A DNA stretch of 64,000 nucleotides from an uncultured Clostridia bacterium (GTDB lineage: Bacteria > Bacillota > Clostridia > TANB77 > CAG-508). The position numbers and the translations under genes are program-made. Below are positions 40,584 to 50,656 of this stretch, one piece after another. The stretch covers positions 48,910-112,909 of the forward strand of contig CALXAV010000001.1 of NCBI GenBank assembly GCA_944386385.1, written 5' to 3'. Below the pieces are notes generated by a model, which was given only the letters and a program-made list of their open reading frames with translations, searched no databases and was not told the DNA's origin. Position 1 is the first letter of the stretch, and each line of letters begins with the position of its first letter.

Positions 40584-40856
40584 TTATCTTGTCCAGCTAT
40601 CTCCTCTATTTTGCATAGCTTTTTTGTGCATTTTTCCTAATTTTTTTAGGTCACTACTTTGTTGTGCAAATGCTGTTGCTCTCATTTCTTTTGATTGACT
40701 TGCTCTTTCATCTGCTGTATTTTTATAATCTTCTATTCCTTGTTTTAATGCTTCTATAACTTCTCTATCTTTATCAGTATAATCGTGTCTTGTATAAAAT
40801 TCGTTTCCTAATTTTTTGCAAAAATTTTCATGTTCATTCATTTTTTTATCCTCCAA
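40584..40856 (-). CDS. hypothetical protein
   Basis: 90 aa hydrophilic ORF, no recognised motif. Confidence 0.4.
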   Translation of the reverse strand: MEDKKMNEHENFCKKLGNEFYTRHDYTDKDREVIEALKQGIEDYKNTADERASQSKEMRATAFAQQSSDLKKLGKMHKKAMQNRGDSWTR

Positions 40857-40949
40857 TTTATATTTTTGCTTATTATATCATATAAATAATAATTATTCTA
40901 TATTATTAAAGATTAGTTATGTTTCAAACTAATCTTTCAAAAATTTATA

Positions 40950-41645
40950 TTATAAGGAATTTATTAACTCATCATACTCATTTGATAAACTATCACTATT
41001 AAATACTATGTTTTCTCCTTCAATATCCCAAGCATCTTGATTTCCTGATAACAAGTTTAAAACTTCTTCAGAAGTATTTAAAATTCCTATTACTTCATCT
41101 ATTGAATCTTGTACTGTTGTGTCTTGTGATGCTAAATCCATATCACCCATTAATTCATTTTTATATAAATCTGTATAATAACTATCTAGTCCTTTATTAC
41201 TAATATATGACATTGCTTTATCTTCAGTAAAAAATTCTGTATATTTAGCTTTACAATCTTCTAATGTTGTTCTAGTATTTGTAATATATTCTTTAGATTC
41301 TGTAAAATCTTTTCCATCTTCCTCATAATTTTCTACGGTTAGCAAAGTTGTTAGTTTTTCATCATTTAAGATATTAGCTATTTCTATACTGTTATCAAAA
41401 TTATCTCTTAAATAAGATTTAAATGCTTTTTCTACTACTGCATAATCTCCAGTAGTTACAGTTCTATCAAGTCTTTCATTTACTGCTTCCATATCAATAT
41501 TTTCTGTGTTTACAAGTTGTTGTAGTTCAGATAATTCTGTTTTTAGCTTATCTTCTTGCATCATATCACTAAATACAAAATATCCTACTACTGCGATTGC
41601 TATTACTATAATAATAAGAATAGCGATTAAAACTTTCTTTTTCAT
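40950..41645 (-). CDS. hypothetical membrane-anchored protein
   Basis: 231 aa; N-terminal TM then acidic extracytoplasmic domain. Confidence 0.5.
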   Translation of the reverse strand: MKKKVLIAILIIIVIAIAVVGYFVFSDMMQEDKLKTELSELQQLVNTENIDMEAVNERLDRTVTTGDYAVVEKAFKSYLRDNFDNSIEIANILNDEKLTTLLTVENYEEDGKDFTESKEYITNTRTTLEDCKAKYTEFFTEDKAMSYISNKGLDSYYTDLYKNELMGDMDLASQDTTVQDSIDEVIGILNTSEEVLNLLSGNQDAWDIEGENIVFNSDSLSNEYDELINSL

Positions 41646-41737
41646 TTTAAAAAATCCTCCTTTTATTATTTTCGTTCTAATATTGCTTTTATCATAAATT
41701 TTGACTCCTTAATATTTTTAAATTGTATATCTACTTT

Positions 41738-42169
41738 TCACTTGTTTATCATTTTATAGTATGTTACTAAATCAGATGTTTCAAATTCTAGTTTATTAAG
41801 TGTATTCTTCATTACATTATTTTCTACACCAACTAAATCAGTGATAAAATTACAGTCTTTTTCATTTTCCTCAAGTTCTTTTAATAATGATTTAAATATT
41901 CCTTGCCCTCTAAATTCACTCTTTATATATGCCTGTGATAAGTATATTCCTTTTCCACAATTAGCCCAATAAACATATGAATATAATATCATACCAGCGA
42001 TTTTTCCATCAATTTCTGCAATAATTGATTCACAAATCTTATCTTCAAATAAATCTTTATCTATTCTTGCTTCAAATGTACTATCATTTAGACCAGATAA
42101 AATATTTATTTCTTTATTTGCGTTTAATATAAATTCTCTATCTCTTAACTCTGCCTTTCTAAAAATCAT
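41738..42169 (-). CDS. GNAT family N-acetyltransferase
   Basis: QGIFKSLLKELEE..acetyl-CoA motif region. Confidence 0.65.
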   Translation of the reverse strand: MIFRKAELRDREFILNANKEINILSGLNDSTFEARIDKDLFEDKICESIIAEIDGKIAGMILYSYVYWANCGKGIYLSQAYIKSEFRGQGIFKSLLKELEENEKDCNFITDLVGVENNVMKNTLNKLEFETSDLVTYYKMINK

Positions 42170-42183
42170 AATATACACCTCTG

Positions 42184-42756
42184 TTATTTAAGAAATTTTC
42201 TAATACAATTTCTTATTTCTTGTTTTTGTTCCTCAAAATTAAATTTTGTTACAGGTATTCTACCTATCATATCCATTTCTATAAAATGATTTAATGTATC
42301 AAATGCTTGTAATGTGTTTTCCGTACCATTTCCACTTCCACCTGCACAAGCAATTGAAATGAACTTTTTTCCTTTAATTTTTGAGTTATTATTAAAAGCA
42401 TCACATCTTTTCAATCTATCAAAAAATGTTTTAGCACTCTCACTCATTTCCCAAAAATAAACTGGTGTTACAAAAATATATCCATCATATTCTTTCATTA
42501 TATTATAAATTTCATTAAAATCGTCATCTATAATACATTTATGTTCTTCAAGGCAAATCCCCCAACCTCTTTTTCCACAAGCCATACATTTTTTAATATT
42601 TTTGTAATTCATACATATATGTTTAGATTGTATATTTTTCTTATCCAACTCATTTATACATTCGTCTACACAAGCAAAAGTTAATCCTTTCTTATTTGGA
42701 ATATAACTATCTTCATTTACTTTATTTGCACTAAAACTTAAAATTAAAACTTTCAT
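42184..42756 (-). CDS. flavodoxin-like fold NAD(P)H-dependent FMN reductase / iron-sulfur flavoprotein-like
   Basis: MKVLILSFSANK N-terminus, Cys cluster CMACGKRGWGIC, GGSGNG; GGAGGT RBS before ATG at 42756. Confidence 0.55.
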   Translation of the reverse strand: MKVLILSFSANKVNEDSYIPNKKGLTFACVDECINELDKKNIQSKHICMNYKNIKKCMACGKRGWGICLEEHKCIIDDDFNEIYNIMKEYDGYIFVTPVYFWEMSESAKTFFDRLKRCDAFNNNSKIKGKKFISIACAGGSGNGTENTLQAFDTLNHFIEMDMIGRIPVTKFNFEEQKQEIRNCIRKFLK

Positions 42757-42815
42757 ATGAACCTCCAATTTAATTTTATTAGATATTTTATCTATAACAA
42801 TGTAAATGTTATCTC

Positions 42816-43313
42816 CTATATTGTCCAATCTAAAAAACTACTTATATGCCAAGCATTTATTCCCTTTTTCTCTGCTTCTCTTAAAATTGTAATAACATCA
42901 TCTACAAATATTACTTCATCTAATGAAATGTTATTGTTTTTACAATATTCTAAAATTGTATCTGCTTTGGATTCATTTTCATAAATTGGAAATACTCTTT
43001 TAGTAATACTTGGATAATATATGTCTAGCCATTTTTCCTTATCCTTCATTTCTTTTTCATTTATACAATGACTCATGATAATATTTTCTTTAGCACCACA
43101 GTCTTTTATTACTTTTTGCATATGTTTAGATGGTTTTCTTTCTAGAAATATTCCATCTTCTATTTCTTTTAAGGACATCCCACTATTTGTTCCTTCTGGA
43201 TCTCCTACATGATTATTAAATCTATATGGTGCTAGTGTCCCATCTATATCCCAAAATATATATTTGTCTTTTGTATCAGCTTTTGTTAATGTAGATTTTA
43301 AATTAAACTGCAC
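42816..43313 (-). CDS. HAD-superfamily hydrolase (5'-nucleotidase-like)
   Basis: DIDGTL motif I and C-terminal VDD motif. Confidence 0.55.
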   Translation of the reverse strand: MQFNLKSTLTKADTKDKYIFWDIDGTLAPYRFNNHVGDPEGTNSGMSLKEIEDGIFLERKPSKHMQKVIKDCGAKENIIMSHCINEKEMKDKEKWLDIYYPSITKRVFPIYENESKADTILEYCKNNNISLDEVIFVDDVITILREAEKKGINAWHISSFLDWTI

Positions 43314-43334
43314 TTATCTCTTCCTCCTAGAATT

Positions 43335-43988
43335 TTATTTTACAAATGTCTTAAAGAATTTATCAAAAAATTCTATATCTTTTAATGCTTCAGGATGCCA
43401 TTGAACACCAATTATATTTCCATATTCTATTGCTTCTATTATTCCATCTTCACTTGTTGCTGTTACTTTAAAATTATTTGCTAATTTTCTTACAGCTTGT
43501 CTATGGAATGAGTTTATTTCTATATCCTCTTTTTGATAAACACTATATAAAAATGAATCTTGCATGATTTTAGCTTTATGCTTACTATTATCTTCTAACT
43601 GATGATTTAATACATTTTGGTTTAAATCTCCTCCAAAATATACATTTAATGTCTGCATACCACCACATATTCCTAAAATAGGTTTTTTAGCTTTTACAAA
43701 TAAATCTATTACCTCTTTATCTAGTTTATATTCATCATATTTATATTCTTTACCTGGAAATGGTACATCATTATAATATTTTGGATCTACACCTATTGCA
43801 CTACCTGGTAATATTAAAGCATCACACATACTTTCAATTTCTTCTATATTTATTCTTGATAATATTGGTATAATCAAAATATTTAATACATCAAACATTT
43901 CTCTAAATGGATAATCTATTGTATACCTTTTATTAAATGGGTAATCTTCTTCATAATCTTCTAATCTTCCAACAATTGCAACTTTCAT
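43335..43988 (-). CDS. class I glutamine amidotransferase-like / peptidase C26 (gamma-glutamyl-GABA hydrolase family)
   Basis: GICGGMQTLN nucleophile Cys, GVQWHPE catalytic His. Confidence 0.8.
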   Translation of the reverse strand: MKVAIVGRLEDYEEDYPFNKRYTIDYPFREMFDVLNILIIPILSRINIEEIESMCDALILPGSAIGVDPKYYNDVPFPGKEYKYDEYKLDKEVIDLFVKAKKPILGICGGMQTLNVYFGGDLNQNVLNHQLEDNSKHKAKIMQDSFLYSVYQKEDIEINSFHRQAVRKLANNFKVTATSEDGIIEAIEYGNIIGVQWHPEALKDIEFFDKFFKTFVK

Positions 43989-44021
43989 AACTTTTTTCCT
44001 CTTTCTTTAACTTTTTATATA

Positions 44022-44684
44022 CTATTTAACAAATGTTTTAAAAAATTCACCAAATAATTTTGTATCATACATTGCTTCTGGATGCCATTGTACTCCTACT
44101 ATATTTCCATTTTCAATTGCTTCAATTACACCATCTTTACTTACTGCTGTAACTTTAAAATTCGGAGCTACATTTTTAACAGATTGTGAATGATAAGTAT
44201 TTACTTTCATATTTTCAGTATTATATACTTTGTATAAAAATGAATCTTTCTTTATTTCTATTTCATGTTTATCTATATTATACTTTTTAAATGAATGATT
44301 TGGTATTGATTGATTTAAAGTTCCTCCAAATATTACATTTAGTTCTTGTATTCCAGCACAAATTCCTAAAATGGGTTTACCTGCTTTATTAAAAATTTCT
44401 ACTGCTTTTTTTACAAATGGAAATTCATCAAATGTGTCATATGTTCTTTCTTTTATTGGTTCTTCATTATAATATTTCGGATAAACATCATTCTTACCTC
44501 CTGTTAAAATCAGTCCATCACACAATTCAAATACTTCCTCTAATCTATTTTCAGATATTACTGGAATAAGTAATATATCTAATTTATCAAATATTTCTTT
44601 ATAATAATTATTTAAATAATATGTTACTTCAAATGGTGCTTCTCCTTCTTCTTTATCTAATCTTTCTATTATTGCTATTCTCAT
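44022..44684 (-). CDS. class I glutamine amidotransferase-like / peptidase C26, tandem paralog
   Basis: GICAGIQELN, GVQWHPE; ~45% identical to upstream paralog. Confidence 0.8.
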   Translation of the reverse strand: MRIAIIERLDKEEGEAPFEVTYYLNNYYKEIFDKLDILLIPVISENRLEEVFELCDGLILTGGKNDVYPKYYNEEPIKERTYDTFDEFPFVKKAVEIFNKAGKPILGICAGIQELNVIFGGTLNQSIPNHSFKKYNIDKHEIEIKKDSFLYKVYNTENMKVNTYHSQSVKNVAPNFKVTAVSKDGVIEAIENGNIVGVQWHPEAMYDTKLFGEFFKTFVK

Positions 44685-44885
44685 TTCAAATACTCCTAAC
44701 TTTTATTTTCTTTTACTATATCATAAAAAATAAAAATACTCTATATATTTATAAGTATTTAATTAAGAATAGCGAAAGCCTTTCAAATTTGAGTTTTATG
44801 TTGAATTGTGGTATAATTAAAGGTGAACTAAAAACATTTTATATTAGAGGCAACTGCCTCTTGGACAACGAAAGGAGAATCATTA

Positions 44886-45337
44886 TGAACAAAAATTCAC
44901 GGGGTTTAAGAAATTTTCAGTTTTTTGGAACTGTTATTGTCATTTCTCTTGCAATTGTAGGAATGATAACAGACTCAAGAGTAATTGAGGATGTTATGAG
45001 TATCTTATTCCTAATTACAACCATTGGTGTTCTTGCTTGTTTAGTTATTCTTTTAGTGGCAAACTTTTTTTGCACTCAAAAGATATACAAATATGTACTC
45101 TACTACTACAACGATATACATTCTCATGAACAGGAAAAGTACAAATCCTATTTTGCAGGGTATTCAGCTGATAAGATGGCTGAAATTGAAAAGAAGTACA
45201 ATGACAGAATTTCAGACTCTGAAAATGGACTTAATGAATGTCTGAAAATATGTCTAGATAATTTTTCACTTTTAACTCGCAAACAGCGTCGGATTGTAAG
45301 CAATATTATCAAATCTCGTGAGTCCAGCAGAGCCTAA
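44886..45337 (+). CDS. hypothetical membrane protein (2 TM + cytoplasmic domain)
   Basis: AAAGGAGA RBS before ATG at 44886; extended -10 promoter tGgTATAAT at ~44808; terminator CCAGCAG..CTGCTGG at 45318-45345; ORF-track start at 44621 is a spurious extension. Confidence 0.5.
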
Positions 45338-45353
45338 TCTGCTGGATTTTCTT

Positions 45354-45827
45354 TTATTTAATTTCTTTTTTGAAGAAATCATCACCTTCTACTGTATACA
45401 TTTCTATTTCTAAATTATCTATCTTCTTAAATGCGTTTTTTATATAAAATTTATGTGCATTTTCTAATACTTTGCCACAAGCTAAATAAATAGTTTTTAT
45501 ATTCGTCTTTTCTTTTATATATTCTTCAAAAGTATTGTATAACTTTGTTCCTATTCCTTGATGTTGATACTCATTTTTTATATATAACCTTTTTAAAATC
45601 CCTTTATCTCCTCTATTTTCAAGAGCAATTGTTCCTATAATTTTTTTGTTATCTATTGCAATCCAAAAGTTACCACCACTATTAATATAATGACCTTCAA
45701 TGTCTATAATATCTTTTAATTCTTTAAATGGTCTATTTAAAAATTCATACATACAAGTATTTATAAATTCTAGTATTTGATTATTCGTATATTTATTGTT
45801 TAGATTTTTATATTCTATAATTTCCAT
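45354..45827 (-). CDS. GNAT family N-acetyltransferase
   Basis: QHQGIGTKLYNTFEEY acetyl-CoA motif. Confidence 0.75.
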   Translation of the reverse strand: MEIIEYKNLNNKYTNNQILEFINTCMYEFLNRPFKELKDIIDIEGHYINSGGNFWIAIDNKKIIGTIALENRGDKGILKRLYIKNEYQHQGIGTKLYNTFEEYIKEKTNIKTIYLACGKVLENAHKFYIKNAFKKIDNLEIEMYTVEGDDFFKKEIK

Positions 45828-45950
45828 TTTTTTCTTCCTTTGCTTTTATACTTCTATTAATACATTTTTTAATTGCAGTATATCATATGAATTAAAAATA
45901 TTCTACAAACAAATTAGAAAAACTACCTAAAAATAGGTAGTTAAGTTCTA

Positions 45951-46331
45951 TTACTCAAATACTTTTTTTACATTTTTATTTTTCAAACCTATTATCTTAT
46001 GCTTGTATTCTCTAATAGATTTTCTTAAAGCCATAATTTGAGATTCGTATAATTTTCTTAATTCTAGTCTTTCTTTTTCAGATAAGTCTTCCTCTTTTAT
46101 TTGATTACTTCTAATTAAATATTGTAAATCTTCTAGTGTTTTATTAGGTTTATTAATTAATTTTAAGTCATTTAAAGAGTTATTGTTATTTATATTATTT
46201 GAAGTCACCTTTTTTTCCTCTGGAACAATATAATTATTAGTTTCAATTTGTTTTTTATCTTTTATAAAAAATCTTTTTATTTTATCCCAAATACTTTCTT
46301 TTGCAAGTGTTGGTAAATTATTACTATTCAT
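45951..46331 (-). CDS. hypothetical protein (operon gene 3 of 3)
   Basis: 126 aa N/K-rich; terminator AACTACCTA-aaaa-TAGGTAGTT at 45921-45945 downstream. Confidence 0.45.
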   Translation of the reverse strand: MNSNNLPTLAKESIWDKIKRFFIKDKKQIETNNYIVPEEKKVTSNNINNNNSLNDLKLINKPNKTLEDLQYLIRSNQIKEEDLSEKERLELRKLYESQIMALRKSIREYKHKIIGLKNKNVKKVFE

Positions 46332-46343
46332 CTCTTGTTCCTC

Positions 46344-48125
46344 CTATTCATCATCAAATGATGGTCCTTCTTGTTTTAAATCTTTATCATCTGACATTCC
46401 AAATTGTTTTTCAAATTTTTTAAGTAAATCCTCTGCACTTCTTTCTTTATCCTCTAATTTTGCCTTTTCTCTATCCAGTTCTGCAAGTGATTTTCCTTTT
46501 AATTGTTCCTCTGCTTTATAATCTTCTAAAGCATCTAGCAATATAGATTCTTTGTATGTAATTCCTCGTATTCCATCATTTCTATAATCTTTCCAAAATT
46601 GGTTTTTACTTTTTAATTCTTCAATCTTTCTATCTACTGCTTCTATATCACCATAATATACTTTTTTACTAAAAGAACCTTGTGAACCTATTATTAAACC
46701 ATCTTCATATTGTACTGCATTATTATCTTCTCTAATTATTGCCCAAGAAGATCTATAATCTACTTTCTTACTAAAGCTATATTGCGTTAAAATTTCTGGT
46801 AATCTTTCTTGAATAAAATTCTTCATAAACTCTGCATCTAATACATTGTCAGCTCTCTTTGAAAGATACTCTTGTATAGCTACTTGTATTTGTTGTATTT
46901 GCTTTTCTTTTTCAGCTCCATAAATATAGCAATTATAATCATCACCTTCTACCACATAATCAGTATATGCTTCTGCTAATGCTGAAACAATTTGTGTCTG
47001 TTTTTCATCTAACTCTGGAGATTGTTCTGGTTCATTTTGTTGATTTTCCTTTGTCTGTTCTTTTTCAATATAGTTTCTTATTGCATCTCTATCTTCATAA
47101 TATCTTTTTAAATCACTAGATGGTACATTTCTTGATCTTTTCCATGCCTCATCCCATTCAAATTCTTCAAATATTCTCCTATTTTCCTCTCCTGCATAAT
47201 CTAAAATTTTATTTTTCATCCAGGTTTCTTCATCATTTATATTTTCATGTATATTATCAAGAATGTCTAGCGTATTGTATCCATATTCCTCATTTAGTTT
47301 TCCTTCTTCTTGTCTATGACGTGAAAAATTTTCATATTCCTCAGTAGCTAACGCTGTTTCTTGTTTTACTTGTTCTTTTCTTGCTCTTTTTTCTTCATCT
47401 GAAATTGGCATTTGGTCTATTTCATTAAGTCTTCTTAAATAAGATTTTACTAATCTGTCAGATTTTTCTCGTAAAGTTTCCTCTTTTTCAAGCAATTTAT
47501 CACTAGTTTCTTTTTTCTTTAAAAGTGGCTTTCTTTCTTTTTGATATTCTTCTAATTCTTTTTTATATTCTTCTTTAAATTGCAACATTTTTTCTTTTGG
47601 AACTTTGGCAATTTCCTGTTCAATCCTTTTATTTACTTCATCTAATGCTCTTTTACTATATTCTTCTGTCATAAACAAATACTCACTACTTAAATATCCG
47701 TCTGTTGCCTCAACATATCTGCCTCTTTCCATTCGTACTGACATTTTCATTGGAAATACTGAATAACATGATGCTGACATTCGCATATCTGGATATTCTG
47801 GTCCAAAATCCATATTCATAAAAGCATTTAAAAGTTCTGGTGATGGCTGATTATCGCAATGTAATCCTCTTGGTCCAAATCCACCATAATGATTTCCATG
47901 TTTCATTTCGTAATCTATAACAGGACTTATTCCTTCTTTAAACTTTTCTTCATTTTCTTTACTCAAATTAGGAAATCTTTTCTTTATATATCCAATTAAG
48001 TAATTATTAACAGCCTCTTTCATTTCCTTATCTACTTCTAGAGTTTTTTCTTTGCTTCTTATTGAACTTTTACCTTCTTTTGATTCTCCAGAGTTTAATG
48101 AATATCCAAGCATAGATATAATCAT
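46344..48125 (-). CDS. large hypothetical cytoplasmic protein, K/E-rich (operon gene 2 of 3)
   Basis: 593 aa; N-terminal region HGNHYGGFGPRGLHCDNQPSPELL..; long charged coiled-coil-like middle; acidic C-terminal tail; no recognisable domain. Confidence 0.5.
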   Translation of the reverse strand: MIISMLGYSLNSGESKEGKSSIRSKEKTLEVDKEMKEAVNNYLIGYIKKRFPNLSKENEEKFKEGISPVIDYEMKHGNHYGGFGPRGLHCDNQPSPELLNAFMNMDFGPEYPDMRMSASCYSVFPMKMSVRMERGRYVEATDGYLSSEYLFMTEEYSKRALDEVNKRIEQEIAKVPKEKMLQFKEEYKKELEEYQKERKPLLKKKETSDKLLEKEETLREKSDRLVKSYLRRLNEIDQMPISDEEKRARKEQVKQETALATEEYENFSRHRQEEGKLNEEYGYNTLDILDNIHENINDEETWMKNKILDYAGEENRRIFEEFEWDEAWKRSRNVPSSDLKRYYEDRDAIRNYIEKEQTKENQQNEPEQSPELDEKQTQIVSALAEAYTDYVVEGDDYNCYIYGAEKEKQIQQIQVAIQEYLSKRADNVLDAEFMKNFIQERLPEILTQYSFSKKVDYRSSWAIIREDNNAVQYEDGLIIGSQGSFSKKVYYGDIEAVDRKIEELKSKNQFWKDYRNDGIRGITYKESILLDALEDYKAEEQLKGKSLAELDREKAKLEDKERSAEDLLKKFEKQFGMSDDKDLKQEGPSFDDE

Positions 48126-48150
48126 TACTGCTTGATCTTCACCTTTTTTC

Positions 48151-48849
48151 TCACATAACTCTGCTAATGTTTCTATTCCTCCGAAGTGCTTGAATATCGC
48201 TTTTACTCATTCCACTTAATATCGGTGGTAATTCTTTTTTTGATCCATTGTTATTTTCTTTATAATATTCATATTGTTCATTTAGCCATGAAATATCTTC
48301 TATCCCATTTCTTATTTCATCTAATTCTTTAATTTCTCCAGACTTTTCTAAATCAGTAAAAAATTTATCTAATATTTCTTTTGCTGATTCTTCAAATCCT
48401 ATTATTTTTCCATCTTCATCTCTTATTCCAAATTCATTTACTAAAAATGAAGCATAATCTTTTAAATCTGATTCAACATATTCAATCATTCCTAATTCAT
48501 CATCTGTGTATCTATCTAAATCCTCATAGTCTGTTAGCATTACCACTTTTCCATCTTCTATTTTAAATGATTGTTTTTCAAAAGGTAATTCTTCTTCATT
48601 CTCATCATATGGATGTGTTTCTCCATCTATAATTACATCAATAGAATCATTTTCTCCTAAAAGTTTCATGATTTCAGCCAAATCTTTATCTGCACTATAC
48701 CAAGATATTCTTTTTACTGCTTCAATCTCATTTTCATCTAAAACCTCAAATCTTCTTTGATAATTTGGTATTACAATCTTACACAAGTCTAAAAATCTTT
48801 TCGGATTTTGTCCATTATATCGTAAATTCCAAACTCCTCCCCAACTCAT
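48151..48849 (-). CDS. hypothetical acidic protein (operon gene 1 of 3)
   Basis: 232 aa D/E-rich; GGAGGA RBS; putative promoter TTGTAA-17-TATTAT upstream. Confidence 0.5.
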   Translation of the reverse strand: MSWGGVWNLRYNGQNPKRFLDLCKIVIPNYQRRFEVLDENEIEAVKRISWYSADKDLAEIMKLLGENDSIDVIIDGETHPYDENEEELPFEKQSFKIEDGKVVMLTDYEDLDRYTDDELGMIEYVESDLKDYASFLVNEFGIRDEDGKIIGFEESAKEILDKFFTDLEKSGEIKELDEIRNGIEDISWLNEQYEYYKENNNGSKKELPPILSGMSKSDIQALRRNRNISRVM

Positions 48850-49059
48850 AATATTTTCCTCCGTATCTTACTTCTTTTTCATTATGTGTATTTCTCATAA
48901 AATCAATCTTATAATATCATAACGATAATTTTTTTACAAGAATTTTGGGGATTTAACTAAAAATTTAAGTAAATCTGTTATAGATGACAGGTTTCGACAC
49001 ACTTTTTAAGCATATTTTGTTATAATTTAAAAAAGGATGTAAAAAGGAGATGATGACTT

Positions 49060-49215
49060 ATGGATATTAAAATTTTTTATTTATCTTTAAGAAATCGTGC
49101 AAAACTTGAAAAACTACTTATGGAAGGAGCTAATAAGAAAAAAATATTACGTCAGGAAAAAATATTGGAAAAATATCTACTAGAACAATTAAAATGTATA
49201 AATAAAATTGTATAA
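49060..49215 (+). CDS. small protein (51 aa), hypothetical
   Basis: extended -10 TGTTATAAT at ~49020; AAAAGGAGA RBS; ORF MDIKIFYLSLRNRAKLEKLLMEGANKKKILRQEKILEKYLLEQLKCINKIV; terminator AGAGAGA..TCTCTCT+T5 at 49221-49250. Confidence 0.3.
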   Translation: MDIKIFYLSLRNRAKLEKLLMEGANKKKILRQEKILEKYLLEQLKCINKIV

Positions 49216-49345
49216 GCACTAAAGAGAGATTACTATGTTTTCTCTCTTTTTTATGGTAATTTCCTTGTTTTAATGATATAATAACTATGTTATTCTTAAT
49301 GTATACTTCATGAATTAAAGAATAAAGTTTATCTGGAGGTAGTTT

Positions 49346-49921
49346 ATGGATAATTATAAATATAGTGAAAAAATACTTTCAGTTATATACACATTATTTG
49401 CATATAACTTTAGTGAAAATGAAATCATACGAATATTAGCTAAAAATAGAACATTATATAGGTGTATTGATAATAATATAAAAATAGTAATTGAATATGT
49501 CCAAGATTGTAAAAAAAGAATTATATGCAAATTATATAACTTAAATATTGCAAAGATGTTAGAAAATAATGAAGAACGAAATATAGTTATCATGAAACTT
49601 GAAAAATTAAAGAATGATGTATTACTAAAAATAGATAAAGATTTAGCAGATAATTTAGTTTTTAGAATTGATTACCTTATAAAAGCTATAAAAGATTTAG
49701 ATAAATTAACTAATTGTATCAATGATTATTATTCTATTAAAGATAATGATAAAAATATAGATTATGATGTTATCGAAAAAAATTCTCATAGATACGTTGG
49801 TGAATTTCTCACTAAAAATAACTTATCAGTAAAAGACCTTCCTAAACATTCTAAATGTTTAATTGATGAAGATATTTGGAACAAATTAAATGAGGCAATA
49901 AATGAGGAAAATATTTCTTAA
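49346..49921 (+). CDS. hypothetical protein
   Basis: 191 aa; GGAGGT RBS; no recognised motif. Confidence 0.5.
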   Translation: MDNYKYSEKILSVIYTLFAYNFSENEIIRILAKNRTLYRCIDNNIKIVIEYVQDCKKRIICKLYNLNIAKMLENNEERNIVIMKLEKLKNDVLLKIDKDLADNLVFRIDYLIKAIKDLDKLTNCINDYYSIKDNDKNIDYDVIEKNSHRYVGEFLTKNNLSVKDLPKHSKCLIDEDIWNKLNEAINEENIS

Positions 49922-50027
49922 AATAATTTTAAATCTTCTCTAGTTTGCATCAAACAGCCTAATATGGTATAATTTAACGGTAACAAAAAAATATATGTTT
50001 TGCAAAATGCAGAAAGGGATAAACTGT

Positions 50028-50438
50028 ATGGAAACAAGAAAAGCTCGGATTTCAAAAATAGACACTGTACTAAATATGGTCAGCAGAAAACTCGAGATAA
50101 AATTTGTCATTTTTATTTATGATGATAATTGTGAACACCTTGAAATTAACTTTAAAGAAGATGATGAACAAAGCTGGAATACACTCTTTTCATTGATGGA
50201 ATTGTATTGTGAATATATGAATACATTCTACTCATCTATGAAAATGCCTTATGATTATGAAAATCATTGCAACTTTGATAAAATTCAAGGTTTGAATATC
50301 TGTGTTCTTCAGGGAGAATCTCATGGAATAGCATTTGCACCTCCACTTATTAGCAAATGGGTTGTTTATGGAGTGGATGGAATCTATTCTGAAGAAGAAG
50401 CTCGAGAAATTTTAATAAAACAAAATCAGGGCAAATAA
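50028..50438 (+). CDS. small hypothetical protein, cassette copy 1 (paralog of 50657..51058)
   Basis: TTGCAT-17-TATAAT promoter at 49953-49981; shares ARISKIDT.., LEI.F, IAF..P, WVxYG blocks with copy 2. Confidence 0.5.
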   Translation: METRKARISKIDTVLNMVSRKLEIKFVIFIYDDNCEHLEINFKEDDEQSWNTLFSLMELYCEYMNTFYSSMKMPYDYENHCNFDKIQGLNICVLQGESHGIAFAPPLISKWVVYGVDGIYSEEEAREILIKQNQGK

Positions 50439-50570
50439 GCAAAACAAAATCTGTCACGAATATGGCAGAAACGGTGGAATTCTATTTTAAGATTCCACCG
50501 TTATTCTTTATATTATAATATTAATTATACTCTATACTCATTATATATAGCAATCATCTAAATTTTGTTT
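50436..50570. repeat. conserved 3' flank of cassette copy 1 (double hairpin + terminator), ~90% identical to 51083..51215
   Basis: CTGTCACgaatatGGCAG then GGTGGAAT..ATTCCACC + T-rich; includes relic of 51173..51556 C-terminus (LDDCY). Confidence 0.5.
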
Positions 50571-50656
50571 ATTTTGCATAAAATGGCTTAATATGCTATA
50601 ATATAGCAGTAGTAACCAAATAACATATGTTTTGCAAAATAGAAAGGAATGATTCT

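Noticed and set aside
44621-44885. N-terminal 88-aa extension of ORF 44621..45337 (MLLQMVLLLLLYL..)
   Set aside because: The extension is antisense to the C26 amidotransferase gene and lacks an RBS. The true start is the ATG at 44886 with AAAGGAGA.
48121-48200. Possible fusion of 48151..48849 and 46344..48125 into one large gene
   Set aside because: Reading the junction shows an in-frame TGA in the downstream gene's frame just upstream of its ATG. They are separate genes with a 25-nt spacer.
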